From positions 400 to 64,399 of the forward strand of contig JAFADX010000005.1 in assembly GCA_023424475.1 (NCBI GenBank): a DNA stretch of 64,000 nucleotides, read 5' to 3'. This document shows, in pieces, positions 9,392 to 19,450 of the stretch (positions within the stretch are counted from its first letter, which is position 1; every line of letters starts with the position of its first letter). This DNA is from Pseudomonadota bacterium. GTDB taxonomy: Bacteria > Pseudomonadota > Alphaproteobacteria > Acetobacterales > Acetobacteraceae. The position numbers and the translations under genes were made by a program. Under the pieces are notes generated by a model, which was not told where the DNA came from, did no database searches, and saw only the letters and a program-made list of their open reading frames with translations.

Positions 9392-10315
9392 TCAGGCTTC
9401 GGCCGGCGGTGCCTCGCCGGAAAACGCGCCGCGGCACCAGGCTACGAAGGCCTGTACCGTCGTCCGGCGCATCGCCGCCTCGGTCGTGACGAGATAGTAG
9501 GCCAGTCCATCCTCGATGCTGATCGGCGCCGGCATGGTCAGCCGGCCTTCGGCCAGGGCCTTTCGCACATGGATACTGCGCGCGATCGCGATGCCCTGTC
9601 CGGCCTCCGCGGCGGCGAGTGCGAGTGCCGTCTCGCCGAACCGTGGGCCGTGTTCCGCCAGCGCCGGATCCACGCCCGCCGCCCGCAACCACTGCACCCA
9701 GTGCGGCCGCTCGGCATAGTGCAGGAGGACCTGCGCCCGCAGGAAGTCCTCGAGGGTCATGGTCTGTGCGGCCGTGGCGACGGCAGGCGCACAGACGGGA
9801 ACAAGCGGTCCCCGACAGAGCGGGACCGCGATGCCGTCCGTCCAGGTCCCGGTGCCGAGCCGGATCGCCACGTCCACATCCGAACGCTCGAGGCTCGTCG
9901 TGTAGCGGTGGCTGTCGAGCCGCAGGCTCACCCAGGGATGGCCGCGGACGAAGACGCCGACCTGCGGCGCCAGTACCCGCAACGCGAAGGTGCGGGAGGC
10001 CGTGACGGCGATCGTCGTCCGATGCTTCGGCTGGCCCAGGCGATGGAGCCCCGTCGCGAGTTCGCCCAGTCCACGGTCGACATAGTCGGCGAGCAGGTCG
10101 CCTGCTTCCGTCAGCACGAGGCCGCGCGGCCCGCGGCGGAAGAGCTGCTCGTGCAGCTGCTCCTCAAGCGCCCTGATCCGACGGCTGACGGCGCTCTGGG
10201 TCATGCCCAGTTCCGCCGCCGCGCGCACCATGTTCCTGTGGCGCGCGGCGGCATCGAACACGGCGAGCGCACCGAGCGGCAGGTTCCGCAGTGACCAGAT
10301 ATGATCCCCGTTCAT
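9392..10315 (-). CDS. LysR-family transcriptional regulator
   Basis: Start at MNGDHIWSLRNLPLGALAVFDAAARHRNMVRAAAELGMTQSAVSRRIRALEEQL (LysR HTH). Divergent from the oxidoreductase at 10588. Confidence 0.85.
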   Translation of the reverse strand: MNGDHIWSLRNLPLGALAVFDAAARHRNMVRAAAELGMTQSAVSRRIRALEEQLHEQLFRRGPRGLVLTEAGDLLADYVDRGLGELATGLHRLGQPKHRTTIAVTASRTFALRVLAPQVGVFVRGHPWVSLRLDSHRYTTSLERSDVDVAIRLGTGTWTDGIAVPLCRGPLVPVCAPAVATAAQTMTLEDFLRAQVLLHYAERPHWVQWLRAAGVDPALAEHGPRFGETALALAAAEAGQGIAIARSIHVRKALAEGRLTMPAPISIEDGLAYYLVTTEAAMRRTTVQAFVAWCRGAFSGEAPPAEA

Positions 10316-10587
10316 ACCGGGTGAGCCTAAAGCGAGCATTCTATCCGTGCCAAGTCGGCGTGACGCTGCCGTCCCACGCCGGGACAGGACGCTCCGAGCA
10401 TGACCCACGCATCGCCCATCGCCGCCGCCTTCCATCACTCCGTGCACGTGCCGGCGATCCGGCAGCGACCGGAGGACGGCGGTGCTGCAGTGAGCAGCGG
10501 TTCCATGCCGGAAGACCGGGCCGTCCACATGCGTGAGGAGCTCGAACGGTGGGTGCCCATGTTGCGGGCAGCGGGCGCGCAGCCGAC

Positions 10588-11901
10588 ATGAGCGGCTTCA
10601 CGCCCCTCGACGATCCGGCGGCGCTGCCGTCGGCCTATCTCCGGGCGGCGGCACCGCCGCCCGAAGCGCCGCCCCTCGCCGGCGCTGCGACCGCGGAGGT
10701 CGCCATCGTCGGCGGCGGCTTCTCCGGCCTCAGCGCCGCGCTCCATCTCGCCGAGCGCGGCGTGTCCGTCATCCTGCTGGAAGCGCGCGATCTCGCCACC
10801 GGCGGTTCGGGCCGCGCCTTCGGCCAGGTCGTTCCCTACGCCAAGCATGGCGAGGCCCACATCCTCCGCCACTTCGGGAATGCTGCCGGGACACGGCTGA
10901 TCGAGGCTCTGGGCCGCGGCCCGGACCTGGTGTGGGAGCTGATCGACCGCCACGGCATCGCCTGCGACGACCGCCGCAGCGGCCTGATCTTCGCCGCCCA
11001 CGCGGCGTCCGCGGAAGGCGGCCTGCGCGACCGCGCGGCGTTCTGGCAGGCCCGCGGTGCGCCGGTCGAGATGCTCGACGCCGGGCAATGCGCGGCGCTG
11101 ATCGGCAGCCATCGCTATGCAACGGCGATGATCGACCGGCGCGGCGGCCACATCAACCCGCTCGCCTACGCGTTTGGCCTTGCGCATGCCGCCGCCCGCG
11201 CCGGGGTCCGGCTGCATGCGCAGAGCCGCGTGACGTCGCTGGCGCAGGACGGCGGAGGCTGGCGGCTCCTGACGGATGCAGGTGCCGTGCGCGCGGGCCG
11301 GATCGTCATCTGCGCCGGCGCCTATGCCGACGATCTGTGGCCCGGGCTGCGGCAGACCGTCATCCCGATCCGCGCGCACCAGCTGGTCACCGTGCCGCTC
11401 TCCGCCAATCTGCGCGCGACCATCCTGCCTGGCGGCCAATCCCTGACCGACACGCGCCGCCTCTATTCCGGCATACGCCTGCTGGCGGACGGGCGGCTGC
11501 ATCTCAGCGTGGACGGCGCCGGCTTCGGCCGCAGCGGCGAGACCTACGCCGACAAGGCAGCGCAGCGTGCGCGCGGCCTTTTCCCGCAACTCGGCGAGAT
11601 CGCATTCGAGGAGGGCTGGACCGGCTGGGTGGACATGTCCGCCGACCAGTATCCGCATCTCCATCGCCTGGCCGAAGGCGCCTGGGCCGTGATCGGCTTG
11701 TCGGGCCGCGGCATCGCCTTCGGCACGCTGCTCGGCCGGGAGGTGGCGCGACGCCTGCTCGACGGCGACAAGGCCGAGACCTTCATGCCAGTCACGCCGC
11801 TGAAGCGGATCGCGGTACGTCCCTTCGCCGCCCCCCTCGTCGGTGCGCTGATGTCCTGGTACCGCGTCCGCGACCGCATCGAACTCGGAGGTGCCGGCTG
11901 A
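10588..11901 (+). CDS. FAD-dependent oxidoreductase (DAO family, gamma-glutamylputrescine-oxidase-like)
   Basis: ATG at 10588. AEVAIVGGGFSGLSAALHLAERG Rossmann motif, 437 aa. Confidence 0.8.
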   Translation: MSGFTPLDDPAALPSAYLRAAAPPPEAPPLAGAATAEVAIVGGGFSGLSAALHLAERGVSVILLEARDLATGGSGRAFGQVVPYAKHGEAHILRHFGNAAGTRLIEALGRGPDLVWELIDRHGIACDDRRSGLIFAAHAASAEGGLRDRAAFWQARGAPVEMLDAGQCAALIGSHRYATAMIDRRGGHINPLAYAFGLAHAAARAGVRLHAQSRVTSLAQDGGGWRLLTDAGAVRAGRIVICAGAYADDLWPGLRQTVIPIRAHQLVTVPLSANLRATILPGGQSLTDTRRLYSGIRLLADGRLHLSVDGAGFGRSGETYADKAAQRARGLFPQLGEIAFEEGWTGWVDMSADQYPHLHRLAEGAWAVIGLSGRGIAFGTLLGREVARRLLDGDKAETFMPVTPLKRIAVRPFAAPLVGALMSWYRVRDRIELGGAG

Positions 11902-12170
11902 TGCGCCTGGCCATCCGGCGGATTGGTGCATCCGACCCGCCGTCGCGGGCCATGCCGGCCGGCCGTGGCGACCCGGCCGTCTGCGACGGCGCCGATGAGA
12001 TGCGGCGCCTCGCGCCCGGCATCGCCGCGCCCGCGGGGACTGGTCGGCACGCAATCATCACCACCGGCCCCGGCGGCGGCGACTGTGCCCGCACGCGCGC
12101 TCCATCGCGCCATGGCATCGCCGAGGACCACGCCCCTCGGTGCGGCAGGCGCACGCGGCCGCCGTGCCAT

Positions 12171-14480
12171 CTACATGCGTGGCGACATCGTCGTCCGGCG
12201 GTCCCGGATCGCCTGCCAGACCTTCGCAGGCGTCGCTGGCATGTCGAGCGCCTCGATCCCGAGCGGCGCCAGCGCGTCGAGCACCGCGTTCGTCACCGTT
12301 TGCGGCGCGCCGATGCAGCCCGCCTGTCCCGATCCCTTCACACCGAGACGGTTCGACCGCGTCGGCACCTCGAGACAGACGACGTCCAGCGACGGCAGGT
12401 CCTGCGCGCGCGGCAGGCAGTAATCCATCAGCGAAGCGGTCAGCATCTGGCCACTCTCGGGATCGAAGGCCACTTCCTCGAACAGCGCCTGGCCGATCCC
12501 CTGCGCCAGGCCTCCCTGCACCTGGCCGATGGTGAGCATCGGATTGACCAGGCGGCCGTAGTCGTCGACGGCGGTGTAGCGTTCCAGCCGCACCGTGCCG
12601 GTCTCCGGGTCGATCTCGACCTCCGCGACCTGGCAGCCGTTGGGGAAGGTGACGAGATCGAGGTCGCTGTCCACCTCGGCGTCGATCGGCGTGCCCGTAT
12701 CCCGCGCCGCGCGCGCGACGTCCATCAGCCCGATGCCGCGCGCATCGCCGGCCACGCTGAAGCGGCCTTCCGCGAAGCCCAGCTCCGTCGCCGCGCATTG
12801 CAGGAGCTGCGCGGCGACCGGCCGCGCCTTCGCGAGCACGGCGTCGATGGCACGCACCAGCGCCTCCCCGCCCATGTGCAGGGAGCGCGCGCCGCCGTGC
12901 CCATGGCCGCGCGCGACCGTGCGCGTATCCGCCTGCACCAGCCGGAAGGCTTCCGCCGGCAGGCCGAGCAGATCGGCAGCCACCTGCGGAAAGCTCGTCT
13001 CGTGTCCCTGGCCGTTGGACTGCGTGCCGACGGCGAGCGCCACACGGTCATCCGCCTCGAACCGGACCGCCGCCCATTCGCCGGGCTGGCCGCGCGAGGT
13101 CTCGAGGAAACAGGCGAGCCCCAGGCCCCGCAGCATTCCGCGCGCCTCGGATGCCGCCCGCCGCATCGCGAAGCCCGCGACATCCGCGGCGTCGAGCACC
13201 CGGTCGATCCCTGTCCCGAAGGCGCCGCCGTCGATGGTCATGCCCATTGCCGTCCGGTGCGGGAAACCGGCAATCACGTTCCGCCGGCGCAGTTCCACCG
13301 GGCTGATGCCCATGCGATGCGCCGCGAGGTCCACCAGGCGTTCGATGATGTAGTTCGCCTCCGGCTTGCCCGCGCCGCGATAGGCGTCGATCGGCACGGT
13401 GTTGGTGAAGGCGCCGCGCGTCTCCATGACAATCGCCGGGATGTCGTAGACACCGCCCATGGCGGTGCCTGGCGCGTTCGTCGAACTGCCCGGCCCGCCC
13501 CCCGAGAGGTAGGCGCCCAGGTTGGCGACGGTTTCGACCTGCAACGCCAGGAAGCGCCCCTCGGCATCCAGCCCGAGCCGGGCGCGCGTGCGGTTGTCGC
13601 GCCCCTGCACCGTGCCGAGGAAATCCTCCATCCGCTCCGACGCCCAGCGCACGGGCCGGCCGAGCCGGCGCGCGGCGAAGAGCAGCAGCACGTATTCCGG
13701 GAACAGGAAGTTCTTCGGCCCGAAGCCGCCGCCCACATCGGGCGCGACCAGCTGGATCCGATCCGGCGGCATCCGGAAGACATGCTCGGCCAGCTGGCCA
13801 CGGATGCCGTGCACCGCCTGGCCGCTCAGTTCCAGCAGGAAGCTGCCGGTCGCCGCGTCGTGCCGGCCGATCGCGGTGCGCGTTTCCAGCGGCGCCGCGG
13901 CGACACGGTTGTTCACGAGGTCCAGCGTCACCACCGTCGCGGCCTGGGCAAGCGCCGCCCGCACGGCCTCCGCATCGCCCTTGCGGAAATGGAAGGCCAG
14001 GTTGCCCGGGGCCTGCGGCCAGATCTGCGGCGCCCCGGCCGCGAGCGCGGCCGCGCCATCGGTCACCGCGTCCAGCGTCTCGTACTCCACCTGGACAGCC
14101 TCGGCAGCGTCGCGTGCCTGGTGAACGGTCTCCGCCACCACGAAGGCCACGGGGTCCCCGACATGGCGCACCACGCCATTGGCGAGCGCCGGGCGCGGCG
14201 GGACGATCAGCGGCCCGACCGTCGCGACCTTCGCCACGCAGGGCAGCGGGCCGATACCCTCCGCCTTCAGGTCGTCCGCCGTATAGATGGCGAGGACGCC
14301 CGGCGCCGCCCGGGCGGCCTCGGTATCCACGGACAGGATCCGTGCATGGGCATGCGGCGATCGCACGACATGGCCGTGCAGCGCCCCCGGCACCGCGATG
14401 TCGTCCACATAGCGCCCCGCGCCGCGCAGGAAGCGCTCATCCTCGACCCTGCGGCGCGAGGTGCCGCGCTCCGCCGTCAT
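12171..14480 (-). CDS. Xanthine dehydrogenase/aldehyde oxidase-family molybdopterin-binding large subunit (form-II CoxL-like)
   Basis: 769 aa. RVEDERFLRGAGRYVDD N-terminus. Active-site loop AYRGAGKPE at 13359-13385 is the AYRGAGR type, not the form-I VAYRCSFR type. Confidence 0.85.
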   Translation of the reverse strand: MTAERGTSRRRVEDERFLRGAGRYVDDIAVPGALHGHVVRSPHAHARILSVDTEAARAAPGVLAIYTADDLKAEGIGPLPCVAKVATVGPLIVPPRPALANGVVRHVGDPVAFVVAETVHQARDAAEAVQVEYETLDAVTDGAAALAAGAPQIWPQAPGNLAFHFRKGDAEAVRAALAQAATVVTLDLVNNRVAAAPLETRTAIGRHDAATGSFLLELSGQAVHGIRGQLAEHVFRMPPDRIQLVAPDVGGGFGPKNFLFPEYVLLLFAARRLGRPVRWASERMEDFLGTVQGRDNRTRARLGLDAEGRFLALQVETVANLGAYLSGGGPGSSTNAPGTAMGGVYDIPAIVMETRGAFTNTVPIDAYRGAGKPEANYIIERLVDLAAHRMGISPVELRRRNVIAGFPHRTAMGMTIDGGAFGTGIDRVLDAADVAGFAMRRAASEARGMLRGLGLACFLETSRGQPGEWAAVRFEADDRVALAVGTQSNGQGHETSFPQVAADLLGLPAEAFRLVQADTRTVARGHGHGGARSLHMGGEALVRAIDAVLAKARPVAAQLLQCAATELGFAEGRFSVAGDARGIGLMDVARAARDTGTPIDAEVDSDLDLVTFPNGCQVAEVEIDPETGTVRLERYTAVDDYGRLVNPMLTIGQVQGGLAQGIGQALFEEVAFDPESGQMLTASLMDYCLPRAQDLPSLDVVCLEVPTRSNRLGVKGSGQAGCIGAPQTVTNAVLDALAPLGIEALDMPATPAKVWQAIRDRRTTMSPRM

Positions 14481-15481
14481 GCGCCCTCCGCCAAGGCCAG
14501 CAGCTTCGCATGGGCCGCGTCGGGGACCTCGATCCCCTCGCGCGCGGCCCGGGCACGGCGGCGGCGGCGCTCATCCCCCGGCAGGCGCTGCGCGCCGGCC
14601 TCCCGCAGCATCGCCACGAGCGATGCGATGCGGCCCGGCACGTCGCCGCCCGGCCCGCGCGCCGGGTCGATCAGCAGCAGGAACTGGCCCGCACGCGACG
14701 TCTGCGCCCCGGGGAATTTCGGCGACTCGTCCTGGAAACCGAAGCATCCGCCGGTGAGCGCCGCGGCCAGCACCTCGACCATGAAGGCGATCCCCGCGCC
14801 CTTGTGCCCGCCGAAGGGCAGCAGCGCGCCGCCGTCGAGAATGGCCGCGGGATCCGTGGCCGGCTCGCCCGCGGCATCGATCCCGACGCCATCCGGCACC
14901 GGCCGGCCTTCCAGCCGGGCCTTCAGCACCTCGCCCTGGGCGCGCTGGCTCGAGGCCTGGTCCCACACCACCGGCGGACCGTCGCCGCACGGGCAGGCGA
15001 AGGCCATCGGGTTGGTGCCGAGCATCTTTCGCCGCCCGCCCCAGACGGCGACGCGGCTGCGCGTGTTCACGACTGTCAGCGCGATCAGGCCCTGCTCGGC
15101 GAAGGGTTCCACATCCGGCCAGAGCGCCGCGAAATGATGCGAGTCATGGATGCAGACCGCGGCGAGACCCTGCCGCCGCGCCGTTGCCACCGCCGCCTCG
15201 CGCGCCGCCTCCAGCGCGACCTGCGCGAAGCCGTTGCGGGCATCGACCGCGACGATCGCCGGAGCCGGCTGCGTCACCACGGGCATGGCGGCCCCATCGA
15301 CCCAGCCGCTCCTCAGCGTCCCGATATAGCCGTCCATGCGCAAGAGGCCGTGGCTCGCCGCACCGTCACGTTCGGCGGCCGCCACCACGGCCGCGACGAG
15401 CGTCGCGTTCCGGGTGCTCATGCCGTGGCGCTCGAACGCCCGGGCGATCAATGCAGCCAGCGCCGCTTCCGACAGGATCAT
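14477..15481 (-). CDS. Ldh_2-family (malate/L-lactate dehydrogenase type 2) oxidoreductase
   Basis: Start at MILSEAALAALI. ASHGLLRM, IHDSHHFAALWP, GTNPMAFA and LPFGGHKGAGIAFMVE motifs. Its stop overlaps the start of 12171-14480 (ATGA). Confidence 0.8.
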   Translation of the reverse strand: MILSEAALAALIARAFERHGMSTRNATLVAAVVAAAERDGAASHGLLRMDGYIGTLRSGWVDGAAMPVVTQPAPAIVAVDARNGFAQVALEAAREAAVATARRQGLAAVCIHDSHHFAALWPDVEPFAEQGLIALTVVNTRSRVAVWGGRRKMLGTNPMAFACPCGDGPPVVWDQASSQRAQGEVLKARLEGRPVPDGVGIDAAGEPATDPAAILDGGALLPFGGHKGAGIAFMVEVLAAALTGGCFGFQDESPKFPGAQTSRAGQFLLLIDPARGPGGDVPGRIASLVAMLREAGAQRLPGDERRRRRARAAREGIEVPDAAHAKLLALAEGA

Positions 15482-15863
15482 GCAGCAACCTCCGGCTTCC
15501 AGCACAAACGGACATGCTTCGCCTGCGGTGAGGCGGCCGTTCTTCCGGCGAGCATATTCCCGCGTCCTGGCGACCAGGGCCAGCCGCATTCCGCCTTGGT
15601 GGCCTGCCCGTCCGTCACGCCGGCCGGCGTCCCGGCGGAGGCCGCAGACACGGAGCATCCGCAGCACAGCGTCGCGGAATGCGGGTGCCGTGGCTGCCGA
15701 TGGCATTCCCCGCATGGTCGTCTCGATATGCTGCCGACGCCGGACCTCCCTGGTCATCGAGCCGGCACGCCCGAAGCCGGAGGCAGGCAGCCGTTGTCGC
15801 CGTTCCGGTCAGCACATCGGGGCCATCGCCGCACGGCGGAGCACGCCGGTCAGCGCGGCACCA

Positions 15864-16817
15864 TCATTGCGCCGCCGCCGCTGCTGCAGGCCCATAGACC
15901 GGCGTCAGCCAGTGCCGGTATCGCGCATGCAGCCCCCGTGCGACCTCGAAATACAGCGCCTGAAGAGCCTTCGTGATCGTCCCGGGAGTGCCGTCGCCGA
16001 TCTCGTAGTGGTCGATCGAGACGATCGGCTGCACTTCGTGCCCGCTGCCGCAGAACAGGGCCTCGTCACAGACATAGAGCTCGCTGCGGTCGATGTCCCG
16101 CTCCGCCACCGGCACGCCCATCTCGTCGCGCAAAAGCGTGATCAGCGTGTCGCGCGTGATGCTCTCCAGGATGTCGGCGGTGACCGGCGGCGTGACCACC
16201 GTGCCCTTGCGCACCATCATGAAGCAGGAACCCGGGCTTTCGGAGACCTTGCCCGCCATGTTGAGCATCACGGGCGTGTCGAAGCCGTTGAGCGAAGCCT
16301 CGACCTGGGCGAGCCGGCCATTGTGGTAGTTCGCCGCCGACTTCACCCGGGACGGCGCCGCGACGTCAGGGTTGCGGCGCCATGTGCTGACGCAGCTGCG
16401 GATGCCGGAGAAGAGCGAGGGCTTGCTCGGCCGCCGGAGGGCCAGGATGAAGACGCCGGTGCGGATATCGTCCGGACGAAAGGCATGGGCCTCCCCTTCG
16501 CCGAAGTAGACGACCGGCCGGAAATGCACGCTGTCGCGCCAGCCGTGCCGGCGTATCAGGTCGATGCAGCCTGCCGTGATCTCCGCATCGCTGAACGGGA
16601 TCGCCATGCGCATGACGCGGGCGGACTGCCGCAGCCGCTGCATGTGGTCCTCATGGCGGAAGAGATAGAGTTCGCCCCGCTCGTCGCTCCAGTAGGCGCG
16701 CTCGCCTTCGAAGATGCTTGCCCCCCGCAGCATCGCGTCGGTGGCGACGTGGATCCTCGCTTCCGCCCAGGGGACGATCGCGCCATCCATCCACACGAAG
16801 TCCGCACCTTGCGCCAT
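15864..16817 (-). CDS. Class IV (fold-type IV) aminotransferase, branched-chain or D-amino-acid type
   Basis: 317 aa. FEGERAY, K-SAANY-NGRLAQVEA and ESITRDT-I motifs typical of IlvE/DAAT-fold enzymes. Confidence 0.8.
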   Translation of the reverse strand: MAQGADFVWMDGAIVPWAEARIHVATDAMLRGASIFEGERAYWSDERGELYLFRHEDHMQRLRQSARVMRMAIPFSDAEITAGCIDLIRRHGWRDSVHFRPVVYFGEGEAHAFRPDDIRTGVFILALRRPSKPSLFSGIRSCVSTWRRNPDVAAPSRVKSAANYHNGRLAQVEASLNGFDTPVMLNMAGKVSESPGSCFMMVRKGTVVTPPVTADILESITRDTLITLLRDEMGVPVAERDIDRSELYVCDEALFCGSGHEVQPIVSIDHYEIGDGTPGTITKALQALYFEVARGLHARYRHWLTPVYGPAAAAAAQ

Positions 16818-17032
16818 GGGCTGCCGTCTCCTGAAACCGTGGCGAGCGTCGCCAGGTCAGGATCATCCGTGGATGCGTGAAGCGGAACTGACTTCTGATG
16901 CGTCAGACTATGACTCCGGGGCATAGCGGTCCCGCCGTTTGCGGGAAAGGCCGGACGGCCAAGCCTGGCGCTTCGGCGGGGCTGCGGGGGCGCATGAGCC
17001 GCCCCAAAGCGGTTCGCGAAGCCGGAGATGGG

Positions 17033-18277
17033 TCAATCAAAGCGCTTCAGCCTGAAAGGCTTGGTGTCGAGGTTGCTGGGCGTGGCGGTGAGCAGGTCCG
17101 TCACCAGCCGGCCGGTCGTCGCGGCCCAGGACAGACCCATGTGGCCATGCCCGAAGGCATAGACGACGTTCTCCGCGCGTGAGGCACGATCGATGATCGG
17201 CAGCGAGTCCGGAAGCGCGGGGCGGTGCCCCATCCAGAATTCGGCGCCATCGTCACGAAGTCCCGGCAGCAGGCCGCGAGCGACCCTCAGCAACTGCCGC
17301 GCCCTCTCCCAGTCCGGCGGCGCGTCGAGGCTCGCGAGTTCCACCGTGCCGGCGAGACGCAACGCCTGCCCCATCGGCAGCAGCGCGAAGCCGCGCGCGA
17401 CATGCGACATGCTGTGGCGTGGCAGGACGCCCGGATCGGGCAGCATCACGTGATAGCCGCGCTCGCTTTCGAGCGGCACGCGGTCGCCGAGCAGGGCGGC
17501 CAGGCGGCCCGACCAGGCGCCGGCCGCGATGACGACCTGCTCCGCCGCGACGGCCCCGCCGCCGGCGAGCGTCACGGCGGTGACCCGGGCGCCATCGCGG
17601 AGGAAACCAGTGACACTGCCGGTGACGACCTCTCCGCCGGCTTCGCGGAAGCATGCGTCGAAGGCGCGCATCAGGGCGAGCGGCTCCGTGACCGAGCGCC
17701 GGTCCGGCGAGGCGACCGCGAAGCCGATGCTCTCCGCGAGGGTCGGCTCGAGCGCGTGAAGGGCGTCCCGCTCCAGCAATTCGTGGCGCAGCCCCGCCTT
17801 GACGCGGAGATCCCAGCGCCAGCCTTCCGCCTCGAATTCCGCGCGCGAGCCATAGAGGCGCAGATGCGGCCCCGGCCGCACCAGGTCCTGCGCGCCGGCC
17901 ATTTCCAGCAGCGGATGATAGTCGAGACGGATACGGTCGCAGAGCGCCGCCATCGCGGCCGAGATCGCCGCCACGCGATCCGGGCGGCCGGCGCGGAGGA
18001 AGCGGATCAGCCAGGGTGTCAGGCGTGGGAGGTACCGCCAGCGGATCGCCAGCGGCCCGAGCGGATCGAGAAGCCAGCGCGGCACCTTGGCGAGCGTGCC
18101 GGGACCCGAGATCGGCACGACCTCGCCGACGGCGAACTGCCCGGCATTGCCGTAGGAAGCCGCGCGCTTCGGATCGCCCGGATCGACGATGGTCACGGAC
18201 AGGCCGCGGCGTTGCAGTTGCAGCGCCGAGCACAAGCCGACGAAGCCGCCTCCGACGACGACGACGGGTGCCGTCAT
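17033..18277 (-). CDS. D-amino-acid dehydrogenase-like FAD-dependent oxidoreductase
   Basis: 414 aa. VVVVGGGFVGLCSALQL Rossmann motif and C-terminal YAFGHGHMGLSWAATTGRLV. Its start overlaps the upstream gene stop by 4 nt. Confidence 0.8.
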   Translation of the reverse strand: MTAPVVVVGGGFVGLCSALQLQRRGLSVTIVDPGDPKRAASYGNAGQFAVGEVVPISGPGTLAKVPRWLLDPLGPLAIRWRYLPRLTPWLIRFLRAGRPDRVAAISAAMAALCDRIRLDYHPLLEMAGAQDLVRPGPHLRLYGSRAEFEAEGWRWDLRVKAGLRHELLERDALHALEPTLAESIGFAVASPDRRSVTEPLALMRAFDACFREAGGEVVTGSVTGFLRDGARVTAVTLAGGGAVAAEQVVIAAGAWSGRLAALLGDRVPLESERGYHVMLPDPGVLPRHSMSHVARGFALLPMGQALRLAGTVELASLDAPPDWERARQLLRVARGLLPGLRDDGAEFWMGHRPALPDSLPIIDRASRAENVVYAFGHGHMGLSWAATTGRLVTDLLTATPSNLDTKPFRLKRFD

Positions 18278-19437
18278 GCCTTCGGACCGTCGTCCGGGAT
18301 CGGCACGCCCTCGACGATCCGGCGATAGCCGAAGCGGGACAGGTCGATCGAGCGGAACCCGCCGTCCAGGATCATCTCCTTCACCGCTCGGCCGACGGCC
18401 GGCGCGTGCTGCAGCCCGTGGCCGGAGAAGCCGGCACAGAGAAGGAAGTTCGGCACCTTGTCATACCAGTCGATGACCGGGTTCCCGTCGAGCCGGTTCA
18501 TGTCGTAGTGACCGACCCAGCCCCCGCGCGGCTTGATGGTCTCGAAGGCCGGGCACTGCTCCGCGAGCTGGGGCCAGACGAAGTCCTCGAACATCTCGTG
18601 CTGCAGGTCCCAGTTGAACCCGCCTGCCTCGTCGAACCTGGTGAAGCCCGAGAGATAGACGCCGGAATGGCACCGCACCGAGAGGCCGGAAAGGTGCCGC
18701 ATGGCCGGGAATGGCCCGACCGGATCCTGCGTGAGGAAATGGAACTGCTGCCGGCGCATCGGCTCGATCGACACCTTCATGCCGACCATGGCGCAGATCT
18801 CGGCCGCCCAGCAGTTCGCGGCGTTGACCGCGATCCCGACCGGCAGCGCGCCGCCGGATGCGAGGTGCGCCGCGACCACCCGGCCGCCGGCCACGTCCAG
18901 ACCCACGACGCGATCCTTCAGATAGGCGATGCCGAGCCCCTCGGCCGCGCGGCGATACCCCATCAGCGCCGCGTTCGGGTCGATCTGGCCATCGGCGGGC
19001 GACAGGGCGCCGGCCTCGACATTCACGAAGCGGAAGGACGGGTAGCGCCGGCGGAGCTCGGCCGCACCCAGCACCGCCACCTCGACGCCGAGCCCCTGCT
19101 GCATGCGGGCATTGGCCTCCAGCGACGCAATCGCCGCCGCGCCCTGCACCATGAACAGATAGCCCAGGCGCTGGAAATTCGGATCGAAGGTGACGTTGCC
19201 GCCGGTCACGTGCCGATCGAAGGCCGAATAGACCTCGTCGCCATAGAGCGACATCTGCACGTTCTCGGGGATCGCATGCTGGAGCCGGATGCCGCCCACC
19301 GCGCGCGGCGTCGCGGCGAATTCATATGTGGGGTCGGGCTCCACGACCGTGACATCCGCCGCTGCGCCCGCGCGGGCAAGGTTGTAGGCGATGGCGGACC
19401 CCATGATGCCGCCGCCGATGATCACGATCCGGCGCAT
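18274..19437 (-). CDS. FAD-dependent oxidoreductase (DAO family), paralogue of 7518-8684
   Basis: Start at MRRIVIIGGGIMGSAIAYNL. Motifs shared with 7518-8684 are listed under that feature. Confidence 0.8.
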   Translation of the reverse strand: MRRIVIIGGGIMGSAIAYNLARAGAAADVTVVEPDPTYEFAATPRAVGGIRLQHAIPENVQMSLYGDEVYSAFDRHVTGGNVTFDPNFQRLGYLFMVQGAAAIASLEANARMQQGLGVEVAVLGAAELRRRYPSFRFVNVEAGALSPADGQIDPNAALMGYRRAAEGLGIAYLKDRVVGLDVAGGRVVAAHLASGGALPVGIAVNAANCWAAEICAMVGMKVSIEPMRRQQFHFLTQDPVGPFPAMRHLSGLSVRCHSGVYLSGFTRFDEAGGFNWDLQHEMFEDFVWPQLAEQCPAFETIKPRGGWVGHYDMNRLDGNPVIDWYDKVPNFLLCAGFSGHGLQHAPAVGRAVKEMILDGGFRSIDLSRFGYRRIVEGVPIPDDGPKA

Positions 19438-19450
19438 GCGGATTTCTCCT

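Noticed and set aside
10316-10587. LysR T-N11-A box in the divergent LysR/oxidoreductase spacer.
   Set aside because: Several T-N11-A spacings exist by chance and none has convincing dyad symmetry, so no site is reported.
12171-14480. Calling the Mo-hydroxylase large subunit a carbon monoxide dehydrogenase (CoxL).
   Set aside because: The active-site loop is AYRGAGK, not the form-I VAYRCSFR motif. No coxM/coxS or accessory cox genes are adjacent.
10533-15137. Very long plus-strand ORF (1534 aa). Similar giant ORFs are at 4895-7333 (812 aa), 43918-46797 (959 aa), 2199-3716, 34446-36404 and others.
   Set aside because: They are Arg/Ala/Gly/Pro-rich low-complexity translations lying antisense to genes with clear family signatures. 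These are typical shadow ORFs of roughly 70% GC DNA, where stop codons are rare.
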